Origin: Candidatus Eremiobacteria bacterium
GTDB taxonomy: Bacteria > Vulcanimicrobiota > Vulcanimicrobiia > Vulcanimicrobiales > Vulcanimicrobiaceae
Reading direction: 5' to 3'
NCBI GenBank assembly: GCA_963737065.1
Contig: CAVTRC010000002.1
Coordinates: 192,001-256,000, forward strand
Length of the DNA stretch: 64,000 nucleotides
How positions within the stretch are numbered: the stretch's first letter is position 1; the number at the start of each line of letters is the position of its first letter. A model generated the notes under the pieces. That model was given only the letters and a program-made list of their open reading frames with translations. It ran no database searches and was not told the DNA's origin. Below, in pieces: positions 20,100 to 29,174 of this stretch. Made by a program: the position numbers and the translations under genes.

Positions 20100-20984
20100 G
20101 TGGGTAAGGTTGTAAAGTCCGCGCGCTTCGCTGAACGGAAGTACGTCGTCGGCGTGCCTGCTGTTGACGTCGTCGCGTCCGCGCCGCCGGTCGTTCAGTG
20201 TGACGACGCGTTTGCCGTTGCGCATCTTGCGACTGGTCTGAACGGATATTCGAACGGCGTTCACGCGCCGGAACCGGAGCCGCCCGCGGAACCTGTGCCG
20301 CAGATCGATTGGGAACGCATCCGCGCGGATGCGGAAGCGATCGTCGACCGTGCGGCGGCCGACGCGGAGACACTGCTGAAACAAGCTGAAGCGACCGCCG
20401 CCGATATCGTCACGTCGGCGCAAGCGCGCGTTGCGCAGATCGAAGAAGAAGCCCGCACGCGCGGCTGCCGGCGAGGGTATGATGAGGGACGCCAAGCCGC
20501 GCATGATGAGCTCGATCCCGTTTTCAAAACGATGCGCGAAATGATCGAAGGCATGCGAGCGCAGCGTGAAGGGTTCATCGCGAGCGCTGAACCGGAACTC
20601 GTGCGACTTGCGATGGCAATTGCGGAACGCATCGTGCATACGGAAGTTTCCAACACTCGTCAAGTCGTCGTTGAAAACGTGCGCGCAGCATTGACGCGTC
20701 TGGTGAGCAGAGAAGTCGTTACGCTGCGCGTGAACCCCGCGGATCACGAAACGATCCGTCAGTATCGCGAAGCGATCGTCGCCGCAAGCGACGTGGGGCA
20801 TCTGCGCGTCGTGGAGGATCAGCGGGTCGATCGCGGCGGCGTGCTCGTCGAAACGGACGCGGGAACGATCGATGCGAAAATCTCGACACAGCTGCGCGAA
20901 GCCAAGCGCGCGATTCTCAGCGAAGAAGCGATCGTGCTCGATACGTCCCAAGTGCGCGACGCACTGCTTCCGCCCGCGAGCTAG
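20100..20984 (+). CDS. fliH: flagellar assembly protein FliH
   Basis: GxxxG repeats (GCRRGYDEG), LRVNPAD, VDRGGVLVETDAGTIDA; GTG at 20100 after GGAG. Confidence 0.9.
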   Translation: MGKVVKSARFAERKYVVGVPAVDVVASAPPVVQCDDAFAVAHLATGLNGYSNGVHAPEPEPPAEPVPQIDWERIRADAEAIVDRAAADAETLLKQAEATAADIVTSAQARVAQIEEEARTRGCRRGYDEGRQAAHDELDPVFKTMREMIEGMRAQREGFIASAEPELVRLAMAIAERIVHTEVSNTRQVVVENVRAALTRLVSREVVTLRVNPADHETIRQYREAIVAASDVGHLRVVEDQRVDRGGVLVETDAGTIDAKISTQLREAKRAILSEEAIVLDTSQVRDALLPPAS

Positions 20985-20985
20985 A

Positions 20986-22305
20986 ATGGCGCTCGACCAC
21001 GCATTCTCCGCGGAGGCGTATCTCGAACTCTTACGCAGTGCCGATCTCGTGCGTCAATACGGGAAGGTCCGCCAAGTCATCGGCGTCGTGATCGAGAGCC
21101 TCGGGCCCAATATGGCAGTCGGCGAAACGTGCCAGATCTCGTATCGGCGCACCGCCGAACCGGTGCTTGCCGAAGTCGTCGGATTCCGTGATAACAAAGT
21201 CCTCATCATGCCGCTTGGCGAGCTCGAAGGCATCGGTGCGGGCAGTGACGTCGTCGCGCACGGCGCACCGTTGGAAATCGGTGTCACCGATCATTTGCTC
21301 GGCCGCGTTCTCAACGGTTTGGGACGGCCGATCGACGGCAAAGGGACCGTCGTCGCCGATAATCGTGCCGTGATCACGGCGGCGCCCCCGCCGCCGCTCT
21401 CGCGACGCCGTGTCACGGAACCGCTTTCGCTTGGCATACGCGCGATCGACGGGATGCTCACGTGCGGCAAAGGTCAACGTGTCGGCGTTTTCGCTGGATC
21501 GGGCGTCGGAAAGTCGACCATTCTCGGCATGATCGCGCGCAACACGGCAGCCGACGTAAACGTCATCGCGCTCGTCGGCGAGCGCGGAAAAGAAGTGCGC
21601 GACTTTATCGAGCGCGACTTAGGTGAAGAGGGGTTGCGCCGAAGCGTCGTTGTGGTATCGACAAGCGATCAGCCGGCGCTCGTGCGTATCAAAGCGGGCT
21701 TTGTGGCGATGACGATTGCGGAATATTTCCGCGACCAAGGTCTCGACGTAATGTTCATGATGGATTCCGTGACGCGCTTTGCGATGGCGCAACGCGAAGT
21801 CGGTCTTGCAATCGGCGAACCCACCACGACACGCGGCTACACGCCTTCGGTGTTTGCGCTGTTGCCGAAACTCTTGGAGCGCGCCGGTACGTCGCAGAAA
21901 GGCACGATCACCGGATTGTTCTCGGTACTGGTTGACGGCGATGATATGAACGAACCGATTGCCGACGCCGTGCGCTCGATTTTGGACGGGCACATCGTGC
22001 TCTCACGTCAACTTGCCTCGGCCAATCACTATCCTGCGATCGACGTGCTGCAGAGCGTCAGCCGTGTGATGCCCGACGTGACCGATGCCAATCACTATTC
22101 CGCCGCGTCGGCGATTCGCGATATCTTGGCGACCTACCGCGAAGCCGAAGACCTCGTCAACATCGGCGCCTACGTTCCGGGAAGCAACCCGCGCGTCGAT
22201 CATTCACTCTCGAAGATCGAAGCCGTGCGCCATTTTCTGAAGCAAGGCATATACGAGACGAGCTCGTATGAAGCCACGATCGCGCAGCTGATGGGTGTTG
22301 CGTGA
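20986..22305 (+). CDS. fliI: flagellar export ATPase
   Basis: Walker A AGSGVGKS, GERGKEV, MDSVTRFAMAQRE, DGHIVLSR. Confidence 0.97.
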   Translation: MALDHAFSAEAYLELLRSADLVRQYGKVRQVIGVVIESLGPNMAVGETCQISYRRTAEPVLAEVVGFRDNKVLIMPLGELEGIGAGSDVVAHGAPLEIGVTDHLLGRVLNGLGRPIDGKGTVVADNRAVITAAPPPPLSRRRVTEPLSLGIRAIDGMLTCGKGQRVGVFAGSGVGKSTILGMIARNTAADVNVIALVGERGKEVRDFIERDLGEEGLRRSVVVVSTSDQPALVRIKAGFVAMTIAEYFRDQGLDVMFMMDSVTRFAMAQREVGLAIGEPTTTRGYTPSVFALLPKLLERAGTSQKGTITGLFSVLVDGDDMNEPIADAVRSILDGHIVLSRQLASANHYPAIDVLQSVSRVMPDVTDANHYSAASAIRDILATYREAEDLVNIGAYVPGSNPRVDHSLSKIEAVRHFLKQGIYETSSYEATIAQLMGVA

Positions 22306-22757
22306 AGAAGTTCGTTTTTACGCTGCAGCCCGTGCTCGATCAGCGGCAGCGCGTGGAGAACGAAAAGCAACAGATCGTGGCCCGGCGGCGCCGCGCGCTG
22401 GATGAGGCGGAAGGCGAGCTGAAACGTTTGAACGATCAGTTCCGGGCTAGCTCGGAGCGTTTGCGCGTGGAGCACCGCGATTTTAGCGCGGAAGAATTGC
22501 GCCTGCATTACGCACATTTATCGTTCCTGGACCGAACGATCGTCGCGCAGATCGCCGTCGTGGCGGAGCGGCGTGTCGCGCTCGATCGCGCGCGCGCCGA
22601 CTTGCTTGCCGCGAGCAAAGAACGGAAGGTCGTCGAGAAGCTCAAAGATCGTCGTCACGACGCGTACGTCGCCGAAGCGGCCCGTCAAGAACAGAATGCA
22701 CTGGATGATGGCAACGCGCGTCGACATATGCGCCGAGCGTTAGGAGGTACCTCATGA
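22302..22757 (+). CDS. fliJ: flagellar export chaperone
   Basis: MKKFVFTLQPVL, coiled coil, ERKVVEKLK, EQNALDD; follows fliI. Confidence 0.9.
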   Translation: MKKFVFTLQPVLDQRQRVENEKQQIVARRRRALDEAEGELKRLNDQFRASSERLRVEHRDFSAEELRLHYAHLSFLDRTIVAQIAVVAERRVALDRARADLLAASKERKVVEKLKDRRHDAYVAEAARQEQNALDDGNARRHMRRALGGTS

Positions 22758-23392
22758 TCGTCACGCGTCAGCGGCGCAAACCCTTTCCGTGGAAGCGCTT
22801 CGTTCTGCCGGTCACCGCGATCGCGCTCGTTATGTTCGCATTCGCTTGGGAGCCTTCGCGCAATGTCATCGCAAACGGACGGATGGCGCCGGTATGGCGC
22901 GCATCCGAGAGCGCGTATGGTGCGCTTGCGAAGCCGTTTAGTTTCGCCGCGCAGAACGAGTTGCTCACGCAGAAGAACAGCCAGATCGCTGCACTGCAGA
23001 AACAGATCGGCGACGTGCAAACGCAGATGACTGCGAAGGATAAGAAGATCGCCGACCTCACGGCGCAGACGCAACAAGAGCAGTTGCGAGCGGTGACTGC
23101 AAAACCGGTGACGCAACCGGTTAGTGCGCCGGTCGCCGGTGAGGTGTCGACGTCGCAGACCTCCGGGAGCGACCTTGCCGGCGGCGCTTCGCCCGACATG
23201 CGGCGCACCGCTGCGTTCTGGGGCAACATGGAGCCGGAGAATGCCGCGAAAGTGATTCAGGAGCTTCCGGTGCCGTACGCCGCACGCGTGATGGCGCTGA
23301 TGTCGCCCGACGCCGTCGGAGCGATTCTGGACGCACTGCCGCCTGCATATGCGGCGAAGCTGACGCAGGATCATCCCGAGCTAAAAAAGTAA
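22754..23392 (+). CDS. MotE/YlxF/FlbB-like flagellar protein (MgtE-N-like C-terminus)
   Basis: TM + coiled coil + MEPENAAKVI..MSPDAVGAILDALPP; position after fliJ. Confidence 0.75.
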   Translation: MIVTRQRRKPFPWKRFVLPVTAIALVMFAFAWEPSRNVIANGRMAPVWRASESAYGALAKPFSFAAQNELLTQKNSQIAALQKQIGDVQTQMTAKDKKIADLTAQTQQEQLRAVTAKPVTQPVSAPVAGEVSTSQTSGSDLAGGASPDMRRTAAFWGNMEPENAAKVIQELPVPYAARVMALMSPDAVGAILDALPPAYAAKLTQDHPELKK

Positions 23393-23404
23393 ACGCGCGC
23401 CCAT

Positions 23405-24745
23405 TTGGGTCGTCTCATCGTCCGTACACGGACGCTCCCCGCCGACGTTCTGACGCCCATCGGCGCGTATCTTGCGCTCGGGAAGGCGGGCGCATCGTGC
23501 CTGCTCGAGAGCGTCGAGCACGGCGGCAAGCTTTCGCGTTACTCGTTTATCGGGCTCGATTATGCCGCGACCTCGACGTTCGTCGCATCGCCGGATATCT
23601 ACGATCGTATCCGCGCGTTTCTGGACGCGTATCGTCCCGATGACGAATCGCAGCTCGGCGGTTCGCTCGTCGTTTTTGCGTATGACGCCGCGCGAGCGAT
23701 CGCGCATCTAGCGCCGCGCGCATACGACGTTCCGGCGATGCCTGACGCCTTCGTCGCCGTGCCGGGGACGTGGCTCGTGTTCGATCATCTTACTCATTCG
23801 CTCGTGCTGTGGGGCTGCGGTCAAGACGCCGCAGCGATCGATGCGCGCCTCGCACGCTACATCGTAACGATTCTTTCGAATACACCGCGTCTTGCCGGCG
23901 CGGTGCGTGCGCGCGCGCCGGTTGGTGTGACGATGGATCGCGGGACGTATCTGGAGAAGGTTGCGCGCGTCAAGCAGTACGTCTACGACGGCGACGTCTA
24001 TCAATTGCAACTCGGGATTCGCTTCGATGCGGAACTCGAAGGAACGCCGTTTGACCTCTATCGCGCGCTTCGCCGGCGTAATCCGTCGCCGTACATGTTT
24101 TACGTCGATACGGAATTCGGACAACTGCTCGGCGCGTCGCCCGAATTTCTCGTCCGGCTCGAAGGACGCAAGGCGCGAATCCGACCGCTGGCGGGCACGC
24201 GTTCGCGCGGCGCGACCGACGAACTCGATGCAGCGATTGCCGCGGAACTTCTCGCGAACGAAAAAGAACGCGCGGAGCACGTCATGCTCGTCGACCTGGG
24301 GCGCAACGATCTCGGGATGGTATGTGAGTACGGGAGCGTCCGGATCGACGAATTGCTGCAGATCGAACGCTACAGTCACGTAATGCACATCGTCTCCGAT
24401 GTCGTAGGACGCTTGCGTCCGGACTGCGACGCGCTCGATCTGTTTCGCGCGGGCTTCCCCGCCGGCACCGTCACCGGCACGCCGAAAGTCCGCGCGATGC
24501 AACTGATCGACGAACTCGAACCGGTAACGCGCGGCTTTTACGCGGGAAGCATCGGCCGGTGGAATTGGAACGGCGACTTCGATTCGTGCATCACGCTGCG
24601 CAGCGTTCACGTGCGAGCGGGGCGCGCGTACTGGCAAGCGTCGGCGGGCATCGTTGCCGACAGTGATCCTCAGTTCGAGTACGAAGAAGTCCTCCACAAG
24701 ACGCGCATTGCGCGCGAAGTCTTGAATGTTGGATTAACGGCGTGA
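23405..24745 (+). CDS. trpE: anthranilate synthase component I
   Basis: LLESVE, NPSPYMFY, SPEFLV, PLAGTR, KERAEHVMLVDLGRND, GTVTGTPK. Confidence 0.88.
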   Translation: MGRLIVRTRTLPADVLTPIGAYLALGKAGASCLLESVEHGGKLSRYSFIGLDYAATSTFVASPDIYDRIRAFLDAYRPDDESQLGGSLVVFAYDAARAIAHLAPRAYDVPAMPDAFVAVPGTWLVFDHLTHSLVLWGCGQDAAAIDARLARYIVTILSNTPRLAGAVRARAPVGVTMDRGTYLEKVARVKQYVYDGDVYQLQLGIRFDAELEGTPFDLYRALRRRNPSPYMFYVDTEFGQLLGASPEFLVRLEGRKARIRPLAGTRSRGATDELDAAIAAELLANEKERAEHVMLVDLGRNDLGMVCEYGSVRIDELLQIERYSHVMHIVSDVVGRLRPDCDALDLFRAGFPAGTVTGTPKVRAMQLIDELEPVTRGFYAGSIGRWNWNGDFDSCITLRSVHVRAGRAYWQASAGIVADSDPQFEYEEVLHKTRIAREVLNVGLTA

Positions 24746-25323
24746 TGTCAAGCGTTCTCTTTATTGATAACTACGACAGCTTCACGTATAACGTGGTGCA
24801 TTTGCTTGCTTCGCAAGGCGCTTCGCCGGACGTCATTCTGAGCGATGACCGAGGTCTCGGGCCCGAGCTGCTCGATCGGTATGCAGCCCTCGTCGTCGGA
24901 CCGGGGCCCGGAAATCCGTCGCAACAACCGCGGATGATGCAGGTGCTGCATGCCGCCATCGATCGCGGCTTCCCGGCCTTCGGCGTATGTCTCGGATTGC
25001 AGTCGATCGGCGAGGCGCTCGGCGCGCGGGTCACGCACGCGCCCGTGCAAATGCACGGTAAGACGAGCGAGATTTACCACGATGGCAGTGGACTTTTTTC
25101 AGGATTGCCCTCGCCGTTCATCGCCACGCGCTATCATTCACTGTGTGTAGACGAAGCATCGCTGCCTGTCGAACTTCGCGTGACGGCGCGCAGCAACGAC
25201 GGCGTCGTTCAAGGCATCGCGCATGTCTCGAAGCCGCTTTCCGCCGTGCAGTTCCACCCCGAGTCCGTGCTCAGCGAGCATGGCACGCGAATCGTGCAAA
25301 ACTTTATTGACACGCTCCCGTGA
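24742..25323 (+). CDS. trpG: anthranilate synthase component II (glutamine amidotransferase)
   Basis: IDNYDSFTYN, GPGPG, GVCLG, RYHSL, QFHPES. Confidence 0.92.
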   Translation: MMSSVLFIDNYDSFTYNVVHLLASQGASPDVILSDDRGLGPELLDRYAALVVGPGPGNPSQQPRMMQVLHAAIDRGFPAFGVCLGLQSIGEALGARVTHAPVQMHGKTSEIYHDGSGLFSGLPSPFIATRYHSLCVDEASLPVELRVTARSNDGVVQGIAHVSKPLSAVQFHPESVLSEHGTRIVQNFIDTLP

Positions 25324-25335
25324 GCATGTTACGCT
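25307..25335 (+). promoter_or_regulatory. sigma70-type promoter for the leader-aroF transcript
   Basis: TTGACA (25307-12), 17-nt spacer, TG-n-TACGCT (25330-35). Confidence 0.75.
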
Positions 25336-25344
25336 CGCCGAACG

Positions 25345-25437
25345 ATGACGACGATGAAATTCGTTGCGTGGTGGTGGCCGCTGACCGAGAGAATCTCCGG
25401 TGAAGCGTGTGTGCCATTGTCGTCGTCGCGTAAATAG
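25345..25437 (+). CDS. Trp-rich attenuator leader peptide MTTMKFVAWWWPLTERISGEACVPLSSSRK
   Basis: Three consecutive TGG codons, located between a promoter and a terminator upstream of aroF; not in the ORF track. Confidence 0.8.
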   Translation: MTTMKFVAWWWPLTERISGEACVPLSSSRK

Positions 25438-25462
25438 CGCGAGAATATTGGAAAAATCGACG

Positions 25463-25498
25463 AGGCCGCCCGGATCACCGGGCGGCCTTCATTTTATT
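25463..25498 (+). terminator. intrinsic terminator/attenuator hairpin
   Basis: AGGCCGCCCGG-atca-CCGGGCGGCCT followed by TCATTTTATT. Confidence 0.85.
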
Positions 25499-25499
25499 A

Positions 25500-25589
25500 C
25501 CGGGGCCCCGCGTAGCGGGGGCGCGGAGCTGCGCAGCAGCGGAATGCGTTCCAACAAACGGGGTCCCTAAAGTGCGAAGCACTTTGGGG
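25500..25589. repeat. GGGGCCCC/GGGGTCCC palindromic element, copy 2
   Basis: CGGGGCCCCGCgtaGCGGGGGCGC...GCAGCGGA...TTCCAA...CGGGGTCCCTAAAGTGCgaaGCACTTTGGGG. Confidence 0.75.
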
Positions 25590-25599
25590 AGCGAGCGAT

Positions 25600-26415
25600 A
25601 TGTACGAGTTGGCGCGGCGCGGCTCGAGCGGGAATACGATCGTAGACGTCGGCGGCACGCGCATCGGCGACGGATTTAGCGTCATTGCGGGACCCTGTGC
25701 GATTGAGGACGACATTCAAATAGAAACCGTTGCGCGTTGCGTTAGCGTGCATGGCGGCGCGCTGCTGCGCGGCGGCGCTTACAAGCCGCGGACCTCTCCG
25801 TATTCGTTTCAGGGGCTGGGCGATAACGGGGTCGAGTTGATCGCGCGCGCCGCGCGTCACCACCGTCTTGCGGCCGTCGTCGAAGCGCTCGACGCGGAAC
25901 AGCTGCCGGTGCTCGCGCGGTACGTTTCGATGATTCAGATCGGCGCTCGAAACATGCAGAATTTTGCGCTCGTCAAAGCAGCCGCACGCACCGGCTTGCC
26001 GATCTTACTGAAACGCGGACCGGCAGCGACGCTCGACGAGGTGCTCTATGCTGCCGAATACGCGCTGCTCGAAGGCAACCGTAACATCGTCGTGTGCGAA
26101 CGCGGCATCCGCGGGTTCGATCCCCAAACGCGTAACGTATTCGATCTCGCGGGGGCGCTGCGTCTCAAAGAGCTCACCCATCTTCCGGTCATCGTCGATC
26201 CGAGCCACGCGACCGGCCGCCGGACGCTCATCCCTCCGCTCGTGCTCGCGGCGGCCGCTGCCGGCCTCGACGGCGCGATGATCGAAATCCATCCCGACCC
26301 TGCGCGCTCGCGCTCGGACGCCGAACAGGCGCTGGATCTCGAAACGTTCGCGGACCTCATGGGCCGGCTCGTACCACTCGCTGCTCCTAAGGTAGCTTCC
26401 TTGGCGGGCCGATGA
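25600..26415 (+). CDS. aroF: DAHP synthase, type I-beta, without regulatory domain
   Basis: IAGPCAIE, GGAYKPRTSPYSFQGLG, QIGARNMQNF, CERGIR, DPSHATG. Confidence 0.93.
   Translation: MYELARRGSSGNTIVDVGGTRIGDGFSVIAGPCAIEDDIQIETVARCVSVHGGALLRGGAYKPRTSPYSFQGLGDNGVELIARAARHHRLAAVVEALDAEQLPVLARYVSMIQIGARNMQNFALVKAAARTGLPILLKRGPAATLDEVLYAAEYALLEGNRNIVVCERGIRGFDPQTRNVFDLAGALRLKELTHLPVIVDPSHATGRRTLIPPLVLAAAAAGLDGAMIEIHPDPARSRSDAEQALDLETFADLMGRLVPLAAPKVASLAGR
26388..26415 (+). promoter_or_regulatory. sigma28-type promoter upstream of fliK, overlapping the aroF 3' end
   Basis: TAAG-N16-GCCGATGA. Confidence 0.55.
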
Positions 26416-26524
26416 AGAAGATGAGGGTCTAGGTTAGCTAGCTCCTTGTGTCGCTAACGCTGTTTGGGCGCCAGAGCTGGCGCAGCGTGCGGCGTTATTT
26501 CAGAAAGGAAAGGGGGTGAGATAC

Positions 26525-28075
26525 ATGGCTTCTGTACATTCAGTTATTCCGTCTGCAGCAGGCCCGACCGGCGCTGTTGCGTCAGCGCGTACGGGAACGG
26601 CGTTGAAAAGCGGGCTCGATTGGTCATCGCTCTCCGGAGCGATGGGCGTCAACGGTGCCGTATTTTCAAATCTTCTCGCTGGATCAAGCTCCGGCGCGAA
26701 TGTCGCTCCAAGCGCTTCGCAAAGTGTCCTAGCGCGCCTTACGGCTATGATGCAAAACGGAACGCCTTTATCGTCGATCATCGCTCAACTCTCGCAGAGC
26801 ATCGGCAACGCCGTACAGCAACAACTGACGGGAAAGCTGCCGCAAAGCGATCTCGATCGAATACGATCGTCGATCGCAACGTCGATCGCAAACGCGCTCG
26901 CTTCGCCGAGTAATGCGCCGCCGGGCAGCTCAGACCAACAAGTCGGCGCCCTCGCAACGCGGTTACAGCGGTTAATCGAATCGCTAGCGAGGGATACAAT
27001 GGAACGCTCCGGGCAGCAGAACGAATTCGCGGGAAGCATCTTGGACGCCAAATCGGCGAAAGACATCCCGGCCCAAGCACCAGCAAAACCAACGCCGAGC
27101 ACGACAATGCTCGACGTCTCTTCGCTCGTGCGCTCGTTACTGTCCGGCGCCGCTACGGCGCTCGACCAGCCACCACCCGCACCGGTCGCGCAAGCGCCGT
27201 GCGCCGCGGCTTGCGCTTCGCAGCCGGCGCTCGCTCCAGCGCAAACCGTCATCACGATGGCAAATGCACCGGATCTTCTCGCACGTATGCTCGTGCGCGC
27301 AGCCGGCGTCGACGCGCAAGCCTCCGCCAACGCCGGCGTTTCAAACGCTTCGGCCGGAACCGCAGGCAACGCCGCGCAAACACCGTCTGCGTTAGCGGCC
27401 CGATTCGAGTCCGCACTTTCGAACATCGTCTCAAACGCCACGCAGGCGTCTTCGGACGGATCGTTCGCGAACGGCGGACAAACGGGGCAATCCTTCGAGC
27501 GTCAATCCTCGCAGCAATCGCTTTCGAACCACGACTCGTCGCTGACGAACGCGCTCGCTGCACCGGCATTTTCGATGTCCGGAATCGTTCAATCTGCGGG
27601 CGAAACGACCGCGGGTGCATCGCGCGCCGGCGTCGACGCAGACGCCGTTGTCGAACAACTGGTCAAAAGCATGGTGATGCGCACGGACGCGCAAGGCTCC
27701 TCGGTAATTCAACTGCATCTGCAGCCCGAGAACCTGGGCGACGTGACGATGAAGATCACCGTTACGGGATCGCAGATCTCGGCGAACGTCGTCGCAGCCA
27801 ACGCCGACGTCCGCAATGCGTTGATGTCCAATCACCAGCAACTCGCACGTTCTCTCGCCGACGCCGGCTTGACGCTTTCCGGCTTCTCCGTCGACGTCTC
27901 GGGCGGCAATGCGGGCCGCGACCGTCAGAACAACGATCGCACGGCGGGCTTCGGCCGCCGCTACACCGTGCACGAACTGCACGGTGCATCGGAGTCCGAA
28001 ACGCCCGCGCTCGCCGCACTCGGTCCATCGATTCTCGACGGCTCGAGTTTGGCGTTATTCAACTACTTGGCATAA
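26525..28075 (+). CDS. fliK: flagellar hook-length control protein
   Basis: Ala/Ser/Pro-rich N-terminus; C-terminal LHLQPENLGDV..I..V..NADVRNAL..L.RSL..GL; precedes flgD. Confidence 0.88.
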   Translation: MASVHSVIPSAAGPTGAVASARTGTALKSGLDWSSLSGAMGVNGAVFSNLLAGSSSGANVAPSASQSVLARLTAMMQNGTPLSSIIAQLSQSIGNAVQQQLTGKLPQSDLDRIRSSIATSIANALASPSNAPPGSSDQQVGALATRLQRLIESLARDTMERSGQQNEFAGSILDAKSAKDIPAQAPAKPTPSTTMLDVSSLVRSLLSGAATALDQPPPAPVAQAPCAAACASQPALAPAQTVITMANAPDLLARMLVRAAGVDAQASANAGVSNASAGTAGNAAQTPSALAARFESALSNIVSNATQASSDGSFANGGQTGQSFERQSSQQSLSNHDSSLTNALAAPAFSMSGIVQSAGETTAGASRAGVDADAVVEQLVKSMVMRTDAQGSSVIQLHLQPENLGDVTMKITVTGSQISANVVAANADVRNALMSNHQQLARSLADAGLTLSGFSVDVSGGNAGRDRQNNDRTAGFGRRYTVHELHGASESETPALAALGPSILDGSSLALFNYLA

Positions 28076-28090
28076 GAAAAGAGGAAACAT

Positions 28091-28648
28091 ATGCCTTCGG
28101 CATTTGTAACCGGAACCACGGCGCAGCCGATCAGTTCGCTGATCGGTGTCAATGCTCCGACGACGTCTTCGTCGTCGAACAATGCGTCGCTCGGTCCCGA
28201 TGCGTTTCTTCAGTTGTTGACCACCGAGTTGCAGAACCAAGATCCCACGCAGCCGGAAGATCCGACGCAGTCGGTGACGCAGCTCGCGCAGATGTCGGAA
28301 CTGCAATATCAACAGCAGCTCACTTCGTCGTTCCAAAACTTCCAAAGCAACTTCGGCGTCATGCAAGCCGCATCGTTGATCGGCAAACAAGCAACGGTGA
28401 ACGTCGGAGCGGGCAGCGGAGCGTCCGCAGCGAGCAACTCGTCGTACGTAACCGGAACGATCCAATCCGTCGAAGTGCAGAACGGAGAGCCGTACTTCAC
28501 GATGGCGGACAGCAACGGCAAGGTCTACACCGATAACAACGGCAACGCGCTCATGTTCTCAACGGCCGAAATCACGGGCATCGGAGTGGGATCGGGAACG
28601 CCGGCCGGCACGGCGGGAACGACCAGCTCGAGCAAAATCAAGCTGTAG
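28091..28648 (+). CDS. flgD: flagellar hook capping protein
   Basis: FLQLLTTELQNQDPT.P, QLAQ.S.L, AASLIGK. Confidence 0.93.
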   Translation: MPSAFVTGTTAQPISSLIGVNAPTTSSSSNNASLGPDAFLQLLTTELQNQDPTQPEDPTQSVTQLAQMSELQYQQQLTSSFQNFQSNFGVMQAASLIGKQATVNVGAGSGASAASNSSYVTGTIQSVEVQNGEPYFTMADSNGKVYTDNNGNALMFSTAEITGIGVGSGTPAGTAGTTSSSKIKL

Positions 28649-28654
28649 ACTCTC

Positions 28655-29077
28655 ATGGACAACAACGAGATCAACCGCATAAACCAGCCCGGGATCATTC
28701 CCGGACCGGCCCCGCGTCCCGTCGGACGCCCGGTCGACATTCCGCCCACCGGAACGCCGACGTTCCGTTCGGTTCTCGATGCCGCGACGGCGGCTCCGCC
28801 GGCGACGTCCACAAGTGGATCGGAACCGCTCAAGTTCTCGGCGCACGCTATGCAGCGTCTGCAATCGCGCAACATCAGCCTCACCTCGGACGACGTGACA
28901 CGAATGAACGCGATGGCGGATAAAGCGGCGGCGAAAGGAGCGAAAAATTCGCTCTTCCTCGTTCGCGACGTCGCGATGGTCGTGAGTATCAAGAACCGCA
29001 CGGTCATCACCGCGGTCGACTCGGATTCGATGAAAGAAAACGTCTTTACGAACATCGACTCGGCGGCGATTATCTAA
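28655..29077 (+). CDS. TIGR02530-family flagellar operon protein
   Basis: LKFSAHAMQRLQSRNI, KAAAKGAKNSL, VVSIKNRTVITA, VFTNIDSA; between flgD and flgE. Confidence 0.88.
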   Translation: MDNNEINRINQPGIIPGPAPRPVGRPVDIPPTGTPTFRSVLDAATAAPPATSTSGSEPLKFSAHAMQRLQSRNISLTSDDVTRMNAMADKAAAKGAKNSLFLVRDVAMVVSIKNRTVITAVDSDSMKENVFTNIDSAAII

Positions 29078-29095
29078 AACAACTATTATTACTAC

Positions 29096-29153
29096 CCGAG
29101 GCGGACCGCATGCGGAGCCTCGGCCGCGGCGCGGAAGGATTGAAACGCCGCGG
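29096..29153 (+). ncRNA. candidate cis-regulatory two-hairpin RNA in the flgE leader
   Basis: P1 CCGAGGC/GCCTCGG (29096-123) with inner GGA-CCG catg CGG-A; P2 CCGCGGCG/CGCCGCGG (29124-153) with purine-rich loop CGGAAGGATTGAAA. Confidence 0.55.
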
Positions 29154-29174
29154 ATCTACATGTGAGGTCAATAC

